A DNA stretch of 13,999 bases from an uncultured bacterium (GTDB taxonomy: Bacteria > Caldisericota > Caldisericia > B22-G15): positions 1-13,999 of the forward strand of contig CBFDTJ010000038.1 of assembly GCA_965612865.1 (NCBI GenBank). Reading direction: 5' to 3'. The notes beneath the pieces are model-generated. The model did no database searches and was not told where the DNA came from. It worked only from the letters and a program-made list of their open reading frames with translations. Numbering within the stretch: the stretch's first letter is position 1; the number at the start of each line of letters is the position of its first letter. Positions 1 through 7,216 of this stretch are shown here, piece by piece. A program made the translations under genes and the position numbers.

Positions 1-59
1 AAGACGGCATACGAGATCATGCCTAGTCTCGTGGGCGCGGAGATGTGTATAAGAGACAG
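1..59 (+). other. Illumina Nextera P7-side adapter: P7 tail, i7 index, Read-2 primer site and Tn5 mosaic end (technical artefact)
   Basis: AAGACGGCATACGAGAT (1-17, P7), CATGCCTA (18-25, index position; matches Nextera N706 as I recall it), GTCTCGTGGGCgCGG (26-40, one T>G mismatch at 37), AGATGTGTATAAGAGACAG (41-59, 19-bp mosaic end). Confidence 0.99.
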
Positions 60-1291
60 AGAATAAAGAGATTTCTTGCGTTGTTTAGGTTTACAAACTG
101 AAGATTTGAAAGTCCTACTGCAGCAATTAATCCAAAGAGTCCAACGTACATTGCACCTACTACTGGTTGTGGAAGCGTTGCAAGAACAGCACCAACTTTT
201 GCAATGATTGGAATTATAATCATAAGGGTTGCACCTGCTCTAATTGCCCTACGGGATGCAACTCTTGTAATTCCTATTGCTCCGATGTTTTCAGAGTAAG
301 AGGTTGTTCCATTTCCGCTCTGAAGAATTCCTGCAATAAGGCAACCAACTCCCTCTGCACCAAGACCATAGGAAATCATCTTTTCAGTTGGAACAGGTGC
401 CTCGGAAATTCTTGCACAGGAGTAGTAGTCTCCAATGGACTCAACCATAGATGCAATATAACCTGCAAGCATTCCTATGGTGGCGGAAAGAGTAAGAGAT
501 GAAAGCTCTGGGAATCCCCACTTAAATGGAATTATTGGTTTAATCCAGAACCATGGAGAATTCTTAATTAATTCGAGTCCTTTGGTTAAGTTTGCTGCAT
601 TGTCAGGTGGAATCCAGCCAGCGAGTGTTCCAATAAGTGCAGCAATCCATCCTGTTGCAATAGCAAGAATAACCGGGAATAATAGGAACACCCTTGAATA
701 TCTTGAGAAAATCTGAGAGTAAACAATAAGTGCAACGAGAGTAATGATTGAGATTGTCCAGTTAGATGCCATATATGGGGCACCAACTCCATAGAGTGAA
801 AGTCCTATCATTGTAATTGTTGGAGCAATTGCAAGAGGTCCAATTGCTCTCTTTACATAACCCATTAATCCACTGTAACCAAGAATAATTTCAAAGAATG
901 AACCAAACATGATTGCAGCAGCAACCTGCTGAATCATAATCTGCCAGTTTCCGCCCTGGGCTGAAACCATACCAATGGTAGCAAAGGTTGGTCCAAGGAA
1001 TGAGAAACTACCGCCCTGAACAATTGGGAGCTTGTTTCCAATTGTCTGCTGAACCCATGTTGCAAGTCCACTTGCAAGGAACACTGTAGAAATTAAAAGA
1101 GCAAGCTCTTGAGGTGGAAATCCCATTGCGCCACCGATTAAAAGTGGAATACTTACGGTAGCGCCAAACATTGTTAGATAATGCTGAAAACCAAGTACGA
1201 ATGCTAATGGCCATTTCGGCTTACTTCCGATTGGGTAAAGTACCCAACCTGTTACACGCCAATCAGTAGTTTGAGTCTGCTCATTTGCCAT
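60..1291 (-). CDS. NCS2 / SLC23-family nucleobase:cation symporter (uracil/xanthine permease), 3'-truncated by the contig end
   Basis: Many hydrophobic helices; TM1 GFQH motif, LPIVQGGSFSF, ESIGD and the NCS2 signature SYSENIGAIGITRVASR. SD AAGGAGG at 1307-1301. The ORF-track C-terminus CLLYTSPRPRD is translated adapter. Confidence 0.95.
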
Positions 1292-1389
1292 TTTTGCTTC
1301 CCTCCTTCAAAAAATTGTTTTTGAAAAATTGAACTGGAAATTTTGCCGTCCTCTCTCAACCTCCTTTCATAAATTATTTCTTTGATAAG

Positions 1390-1418
1390 ATTTTATAAAA
1401 ATAAATAGAATTTGTCAA
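1390..1418 (-). promoter_or_regulatory. Sigma70-type promoter of the permease gene
   Basis: On the minus strand TTGACA (1418-1413), 17-nt spacer, TAAAAT (1395-1390); implies a leader of about 90 nt. Confidence 0.75.
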
Positions 1419-1428
1419 GTACTTATAT

Positions 1429-2100
1429 TTATATTTCTTTAATATCCTCCTCACCCTCTATCTCTCTAACTTTACTTTCTCCCCCATGCATCTCAACATA
1501 AAATATCTTGTCTCCTGCCTCCATAAGAATTCTGTCATGGGTTATAAGAATTATTTGCCTTTTCAGTACCTCGCTCACTTTTCTCAAGAACTCCACCATC
1601 GCTCTTTTGCTTCTCTCATCAAGGAATGTAAGAGGTTCATCAAGAATTAGGGGCCCATCAAGCTTCGGATTTACACTTTTCTCAAGAACACTGATTCTTA
1701 AAGCCAGGGATATAATCTGGGATACACTTCCACCGTGTATATCTACAGGGTTCCCCTCAAAAATTAGATTTTCGCTTAAGTTCTTTACAACAAACCTTGC
1801 TGTATTTCTATTCCTTTTATCTTCCAGCTCTATTCTAAAGCTAAGATCTTTATATATTGGTTCAAGTGCTTTATTTACCAGTCTCTCAATACCACTCATT
1901 GTCTCCCGTCTCAACTTTTCATATGCTAATTCAAGTACTCTCTTTGCTTGGGTGTATATCCTTTTCCTATTCTGTAAATCTTTTAATAATTCTTCCCTAA
2001 TATTTATTTCCTTTTCTATTCTTTGCTTTTCACCTAATCGTTTTTCTACCTCCCTTATTCTTTTAAAAACTGCCTCATTGATCTTTTCTATTGAGTTCAT
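1429..2100 (-). CDS. Rad50/SbcC (SMC-like ABC ATPase) C-terminal half: short coiled coil plus signature, Walker B, D-loop and H-loop
   Basis: About 80 aa of N-terminal coiled coil, then DIHGGSVSQIISLALR (variant ABC signature), LILDEPLTFLD (Walker B/D-loop) and ILITHD (H-loop); no Walker A. ATG at 2100 is preferred because SD AAGGAG (2113-2108) lies 7 nt upstream. Confidence 0.92.
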   Translation of the reverse strand: MNSIEKINEAVFKRIREVEKRLGEKQRIEKEINIREELLKDLQNRKRIYTQAKRVLELAYEKLRRETMSGIERLVNKALEPIYKDLSFRIELEDKRNRNTARFVVKNLSENLIFEGNPVDIHGGSVSQIISLALRISVLEKSVNPKLDGPLILDEPLTFLDERSKRAMVEFLRKVSEVLKRQIILITHDRILMEAGDKIFYVEMHGGESKVREIEGEEDIKEI

Positions 2101-2350
2101 TATCAATCTCCTTCAGAGACTCCTCTATCATCATTTTTTTCTTTACTATCTCCTTCTCAATTCTTTCTATCTCTCTATCCAGTTCTTCTATACTATTGAT
2201 ATTAAAATTCTCCTTGAGCTCCTTTATAATCTCGTCCTTTGCATTTTTCAAGGCATTCAAAGTTCCAGTTATCTCCTGCCTTTTTTCAACATACTTTTTA
2301 ATCCTTTTGTTTAGTTCATCAAGTTCCTTTATAATCTTTTCAATATCCAT
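2075..2350 (-). CDS. Small (91 aa) all-coiled-coil protein between the two Rad50 halves
   Basis: K/E/I/L-rich heptad pattern with a short break (NFNINS); SD GGAGGT (2360-2355) 4 nt before ATG 2350; starts 2 nt after the upstream stop and overlaps the downstream start by 26 nt. Confidence 0.85.
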   Translation of the reverse strand: MDIEKIIKELDELNKRIKKYVEKRQEITGTLNALKNAKDEIIKELKENFNINSIEELDREIERIEKEIVKKKMMIEESLKEIDNELNRKDQ

Positions 2351-2352
2351 AT

Positions 2353-3522
2353 TTACCTCCACATCCTCTTTATGTTTTTCTTCACTTCCTCCATCAACTT
2401 ATTATCCACTTCTCTTAGACACACCGGGCAAACTCCCTCTCTTCTTATAACGGAAACATACTTTTCTATAAGCTTATTTATGGTAGTTTCTATTTCCCTT
2501 TTTTCTTCTTCCTCCTTTTTCTTCCTTTCAATGATATTTTTTAATTCTAATTTTTTGTTTTTAAAAAAGATATAGCGTTCCTTTAAACCATTTATCTTAT
2601 CTACAGTCTCTTCTTTAACAATATCTTTATTTAACACTTTATATAACTTCTCAAAATTTTTAATCTTATATTCATTGTCGGTATAGTTACGCTTAATCCT
2701 TTTAAATTCATGCAGTCTGAGCCTCTCATTCTGTACCTCACTCATAATCTCATTTATTTTCTCCACCTTATTCAGTGCTTTAAATTGATCTTCAAGAAAT
2801 TTCAATTTTTTATCTATATCTTCTAATCTCTCCTTCAGATTTAAGAGTCTCTCTTTTTTAGTGTAAAGATTCTTCAAGTTCTCTGCTTCACCCTTCAAAA
2901 CTAACAGTTTGTCTCTCTTTTCATCAATTCCTTTAAATTCTTCGAGTGAAGTTTTGAGGTTTTCTATCTCTTCTAAGTTCTCTTTCTCTTTCCTCTGAAT
3001 TTTAATTATGTCAGTTGCAAGTGATTTAACTGCTTCGTCTATTATATGTCCTCCAGAGATTGTAAGAAGGGTGGTATGAACAATAGAAGGGGTCTCATCC
3101 AATAGATACAGAGAATCCATCTGCTCTTTTATCTGAGGTGAAAGTCTTCTCCCATGTTCTATAGGAAGGATTCTGATCTTTAAAGCTTTTTTAATATCCT
3201 CTGGAACATCCCTTCCAAAACTTGAATATTCTTTTCTGTCTCCCTCTTTTGTTATAAGGATATATTTGTTTGTACCCTTACCCCTCTCTCTAATAACAGT
3301 AGTTCCGTCACTTAATGTAATAGTTACTCTTGCAATGCTTTTTCCTTTTCTTATAAAAGCATCTCCCTGTGGTTCATTAAAAAATACCCAGAGTATAGCT
3401 CTTATTATTGCAGTCTTCCCTCTATTTCCTCTTCCAAGAAAAACATTTATATTAGGTGAAAGCTCAATAGATGTAAATGGATGAGATTGGAAGTTCTCTA
3501 AAGTAATTCTTCTAATCCACAT
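2353..3522 (-). CDS. Rad50/SbcC N-terminal half: Walker A head lobe, long coiled coil and CxxC zinc hook
   Basis: IRRITLENFQSH start motif, Walker A GRGNRGKT, Q-loop-like IKEQ, about 200 aa of coiled coil, CPVC at aa 365-368 (nt 2430-2419), then a stop after 21 more residues; no Walker B. Confidence 0.93.
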   Translation of the reverse strand: MWIRRITLENFQSHPFTSIELSPNINVFLGRGNRGKTAIIRAILWVFFNEPQGDAFIRKGKSIARVTITLSDGTTVIRERGKGTNKYILITKEGDRKEYSSFGRDVPEDIKKALKIRILPIEHGRRLSPQIKEQMDSLYLLDETPSIVHTTLLTISGGHIIDEAVKSLATDIIKIQRKEKENLEEIENLKTSLEEFKGIDEKRDKLLVLKGEAENLKNLYTKKERLLNLKERLEDIDKKLKFLEDQFKALNKVEKINEIMSEVQNERLRLHEFKRIKRNYTDNEYKIKNFEKLYKVLNKDIVKEETVDKINGLKERYIFFKNKKLELKNIIERKKKEEEEKREIETTINKLIEKYVSVIRREGVCPVCLREVDNKLMEEVKKNIKRMWR

Positions 3523-5287
3523 CTTTTACCTTCCAGATTGTAAAAATGCCATTGTCTACCTCTTCAATCTTTCCATTGTTTGAGAGCCTTGAAAGAATGT
3601 TTATAAGCTCATCCTCACCAGAGAGCATAAGTCCTCGTCTTTCTAACTCTTTAAGAGCAATGTGAAGCATATTCTCTTCAATCAAGCCTTTTTCTCTTAT
3701 ATAGCTTAATACAACTTCATCCTCTTTTTCTTTTTCTTTTTTTAATTCCTCAAAAGGATTCTCTGTATAGGGAGTTTTTGTAAACGAAAGTCTTATTCTA
3801 ACCGGCAAACTTCTTTGAAATATCGCAGAGGATACAAAACAGTCTCCAGACTTAAGATAAGGCAACCTTTCTATGTCACTTTTCGAAAGATCCGTTTCTT
3901 TCTTTATCGTTAAAAGATCAGTTTCTCTAACGGTTCTAAAGATAAATTTAGTGTTAAGTTGAGCTGTTATGGTATCATCGAGAAGGGATGGTCTCTGAGT
4001 GGCAAGAATAAGAAATATACCATATTTTCTTCCCTCTTGTGAGATAAGTTTGATTACCCTTTTTGATGGAATGGTAAAGGTGTATTCCTTTGGAGCAAAA
4101 TTGTGTGCTTCATCTATAACAACAAAGAAAGGTGGAAAGTATTCCTCAATTTGTCCTTTTTTTAGACCATCCTTATATATTCTTCTCTTATCCACCAATT
4201 TTCTAAGTAAAAATGACACAAAAACCTTTAATGTATCGAGGTTTCCCCAGACCACTGCAATTTTTTTATCCTTCATCCAGCTTATAATCTCCCTGTCTCC
4301 TTTTCCAAAAATTCCAAGCCTTATCAGGTAATTTAGCTTTCTTAGTACTGCTCTTGCGCTTGAAGGATTCACATTTGTCTTAATCTCCCCCTCCGCTTTT
4401 TTCTCACCTAAACTTCTTAGATTTTCTCTAAAATTTGATAAGTTTTTTTCTTCCCCCATCATACTGTATGCAACGTATATTGCTTCCATCTGGGGAGGTT
4501 CAATTTCACTTATAGTAGAAAACAACGACTCCACCTCACCTTCAGATAACTCAGAAAAATCTATACCAATATCCTCTCCCACAGTGAACACTCTTACAGT
4601 TTCTTTTATATTTTTGTAAACGCCCTTAACGCTTTCATCTACTATATCAAAGATCATTTCAAAATGTGGATCAAATACAATAGCTGGATAACCTTTCTTA
4701 GCCATCTCTTCGAGAATTACTCTTAAAGAGAAGGATTTACCGGAACCACTACCGCCAAATATACCAATGTGTGGATACTCTGCCATTTCTCTGACACCGA
4801 ATATAAATGGGATCTCTCTTTGATCTCTTTTCCTTCCTTCTTCAAGAATTTCCACAAGGTCTTTAAATTCACCGGGTAGAGAGTTATAAAATCTATCTGT
4901 ATTTTTAATAACTCCCACCACAAGACCATCGGGTTTTAGCTTAAAGATATGCTTTATCTCAGAAAAGTTTGCTCTTCTTACTCTACTTCCTACTTTTAAA
5001 GGATACGGTGGTTCATCTAAGAACCTGAGTTTTCCTATGTTTATTTCTTCCTCTTCAATTTTAAAACCAAGGGTTTTTAAGTGAGAGATTATTCTCTCCT
5101 CCCTCTCGTTTCCACTTCCAGGAAGAGGAAGGAAGGAATTTATACTGTAAGACTCAACGACCTCTGCAAGATACTCTTTCCCATCACCTTTCACAAAGAA
5201 AAAATCATGATAGGAAAATTTTTCCTCTCTTGATGCTACAAAAACCTCAAATTGATTGGATTCACCTACAACTAATATATCGCTCAT
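3512..5287 (-). CDS. herA: HerA-family (FtsK-HerA) DNA translocase/helicase ATPase
   Basis: N-terminal beta-rich HAS-barrel-like region, HIGIFGGSGSGKS (Walker A), VFDPHFE, VVIDEAHNF (Walker B), EGRKYG (arginine finger), LATQRP; ATGA overlap with the nurA stop at 5284-5287. Confidence 0.95.
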   Translation of the reverse strand: MSDILVVGESNQFEVFVASREEKFSYHDFFFVKGDGKEYLAEVVESYSINSFLPLPGSGNEREERIISHLKTLGFKIEEEEINIGKLRFLDEPPYPLKVGSRVRRANFSEIKHIFKLKPDGLVVGVIKNTDRFYNSLPGEFKDLVEILEEGRKRDQREIPFIFGVREMAEYPHIGIFGGSGSGKSFSLRVILEEMAKKGYPAIVFDPHFEMIFDIVDESVKGVYKNIKETVRVFTVGEDIGIDFSELSEGEVESLFSTISEIEPPQMEAIYVAYSMMGEEKNLSNFRENLRSLGEKKAEGEIKTNVNPSSARAVLRKLNYLIRLGIFGKGDREIISWMKDKKIAVVWGNLDTLKVFVSFLLRKLVDKRRIYKDGLKKGQIEEYFPPFFVVIDEAHNFAPKEYTFTIPSKRVIKLISQEGRKYGIFLILATQRPSLLDDTITAQLNTKFIFRTVRETDLLTIKKETDLSKSDIERLPYLKSGDCFVSSAIFQRSLPVRIRLSFTKTPYTENPFEELKKEKEKEDEVVLSYIREKGLIEENMLHIALKELERRGLMLSGEDELINILSRLSNNGKIEEVDNGIFTIWKVKDVD

Positions 5288-6246
5288 CTCAGTCTCCTTT
5301 TTGGTGTGAAGAATGTTTCAAATATTCTCTCATCAATAAATTGTTTCCCCATAAGCCGTATTTCCTTCTCCGTTAGTTTAACCTCTCTATCAACCATATC
5401 CAGAAACATAGGAATCCCTCTCCCTCTCTTTTCTGTTATGAACATTATAAAAGATGCAATCTCTCTATATCTATCTTTAAAATCAGACGGAATGTCAAAA
5501 GCAATAGGAATAGGATCATTAGAACTCCTCAAATACACCATTGAGAAACCATGTTTTTTCTTTGGATATGGAAGAAAAATCATCTCTCCTATTGACAGTT
5601 TTCCTGTAAGTAATTCCTTGTCAGATAAATCTAAATTTGAAAGCTCCCTGCCATATATATCCTCTATTACACCAACGATGGTAATGTCTTTAGATTTGCA
5701 CCTATTCAGAAGATCATCAAATTCCTTGCTAACCTGTTTTTGGAAATGTGTTAGGGAACCATCCATAATTAAGATGTCACCCTCTTTTAAGAAATCAACT
5801 GAGTCTATTGCCACAAGAACCTCTAATTTTGCCATTCTTTCATATCTTATCCTCTCCTCTGCGTATGTTAAATCTGAAAGTAGATACTCTTCTCTCCTTT
5901 TTATCTCATTTAAGATTCTCTCAAAATAGGTTCTATCCTCTAGGAGAAGGGGAGAAAAAAGGTCATACATGAATATTTTTTTTCCACTAAAGGGATTTAC
6001 AGCAAGTGAACGGAATATATAAAAAAAGTTTGGGTAGTTACCACCCATTTTCATAAGGGATCCATCAATGAAGAAGGGAGAAAAGTTAAATTCACTTTTT
6101 TCTTTCACAGTTTCCTTTGATTTCAAGACATCCAGAACAACGCTATCTCTTAAAAGAATACTCTCTTTAAGTTTTTCATTTAAACCACTGAATTTCCTTT
6201 TAAAATCATCAAGATTTTTTATAAATTCTTTCCCTTGCCTCTTCAT
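5284..6246 (-). CDS. nurA: NurA-family 5'-3' nuclease
   Basis: FFIDGS, LEV and ILIMDGSL acidic motifs, C-terminal RGIPMFLDMVD (counterpart of the NurA GYPxxLxxAH motif); translationally coupled to herA. Confidence 0.88.
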   Translation of the reverse strand: MKRQGKEFIKNLDDFKRKFSGLNEKLKESILLRDSVVLDVLKSKETVKEKSEFNFSPFFIDGSLMKMGGNYPNFFYIFRSLAVNPFSGKKIFMYDLFSPLLLEDRTYFERILNEIKRREEYLLSDLTYAEERIRYERMAKLEVLVAIDSVDFLKEGDILIMDGSLTHFQKQVSKEFDDLLNRCKSKDITIVGVIEDIYGRELSNLDLSDKELLTGKLSIGEMIFLPYPKKKHGFSMVYLRSSNDPIPIAFDIPSDFKDRYREIASFIMFITEKRGRGIPMFLDMVDREVKLTEKEIRLMGKQFIDERIFETFFTPKRRLR

Positions 6247-7165
6247 ATCTCCTCAACGCCTCTCTTCTTACCACCTCATCCACGTCTTCATTTTTAGAAA
6301 TCATCTCTATTATTTTTTCTGGATCAAAACTTGCATTCTCTCTCTCTGTAAGAGAGGAAAAAAACTCTCCAAAGAGAACTCTATCAATATCATTTAACTT
6401 CTTACTCTCAATTTCTTCCCTTTTTTTTACTCTTTTAAGTTTTATTAATTTTGGTTCCACTTTTGTATTTTCAATGGTTAACAATACGACCTGTGGAATT
6501 CTATCAAATTGAGTTATACTATCCCTGGCAACACTTCCTGGAGATATAAATATTTTTCCATTCACTCTTCTTACTCCATATCCATCATGATAGTGACCTA
6601 CAAGTATTATATCTGCTTCGGTAACACCTGCCACTTCTTCCAGTGAAAGACACGAAAAATTTGCCTTAAATGGTAGAACATAGGAATGTACCATTTCTAT
6701 TGCAATAAGATTCATGTTTCTCTTCTCTATCCTTAGAAAATCAGGATTCTCATCAACACCATCTCTATAATTAACCCCATGTATCTCAATCTCTGTATCA
6801 ACTGGAGGAAAAACTTCACCATCCTTTAGAAACTTAACAACACCAGCCTCCTCGAGTATTTTTGCCGACTTTCTGTTATAAGTTTCAGGATTCCTCCCTT
6901 CTATGTCATGATTTCCCAAAATACTAATTATAGGTCTTGCATTAAATTTTTTTAATGTTTGAATAAGTTTAATTACAACTTCGTCACTGGGAGAAGGACG
7001 AGAGAACCAATCTCCACCAAATAAAACATAGTCCACATTATTAGAATTAGCTATTTCTCCTATCTCCTCAATTTTTTCAAGAACTGACATAAGAAAATTA
7101 TCCTTCCTGGATGAAAGCTCTTTGCTTTGAAGATGAGTATCCGTGAAATACAGGATTTTTCTCAT
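6209..7165 (-). CDS. Mre11/SbcD-family calcineurin-like metallophosphoesterase nuclease
   Basis: All five phosphoesterase motifs: DTH, GGD, GNHD, MVH, GHYH; SPGS after motif V; helical C-terminus as expected for a Rad50-binding domain. ATG 7165 (MRKILYFTDTH) is preferred over GTG 7183. Confidence 0.93.
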   Translation of the reverse strand: MRKILYFTDTHLQSKELSSRKDNFLMSVLEKIEEIGEIANSNNVDYVLFGGDWFSRPSPSDEVVIKLIQTLKKFNARPIISILGNHDIEGRNPETYNRKSAKILEEAGVVKFLKDGEVFPPVDTEIEIHGVNYRDGVDENPDFLRIEKRNMNLIAIEMVHSYVLPFKANFSCLSLEEVAGVTEADIILVGHYHDGYGVRRVNGKIFISPGSVARDSITQFDRIPQVVLLTIENTKVEPKLIKLKRVKKREEIESKKLNDIDRVLFGEFFSSLTERENASFDPEKIIEMISKNEDVDEVVRREALRRYEEARERIYKKS

Positions 7166-7216
7166 ATTTTTATTATACCTCACAAAAATTGTATAATTCT
7201 CTTTGAGGTGTTAAAA
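7166..7216. promoter_or_regulatory. Compact divergent promoter region (mre11 operon / nnr)
   Basis: 51-bp gap containing TATAAT on the minus strand (7177-7172), TATAAT on the plus strand (7192-7197) and SD GAGGTG (7205-7210) for the plus-strand gene. No good -35 is visible for either direction. Confidence 0.6.

Noticed and set aside
23..59. Permease stop codon and C-terminus as given in the ORF track
   Set aside because: They lie inside the adapter; the real 3' end is missing.
1508..2575. Plus-strand ORFs 1508-2314, 2091-2450 and 2372-2575
   Set aside because: Ser/Phe/Leu/Ile-rich antisense shadows of Lys/Glu-rich coiled-coil genes, with no motifs.
1429..3522. sbcC pseudogene or programmed frameshift
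   Set aside because: Each downstream piece has its own SD and ATG with coupled spacing, the core motifs are retained, and I saw no convincing slippery site at the junctions.
3266..6397. ORFs 3266-3484, 3999-4331, 4723-4929, 5306-5929 and 6068-6397
   Set aside because: Antisense or off-frame shadows inside well-supported operon genes.
1429..7165. Assignment to a named defence system (Wadjet, Lamassu, Sir2-HerA)
   Set aside because: No kleisin/KITE/Toprim, Sir2 or other effector gene; the gene set matches the Mre11-Rad50-HerA-NurA repair module.
7127..7216. 30-aa N-terminal extension of nnr and the GTG 7183 start of mre11
   Set aside because: They would overlap the divergent gene and promoter; family motifs start right after ATG 7217 and ATG 7165.
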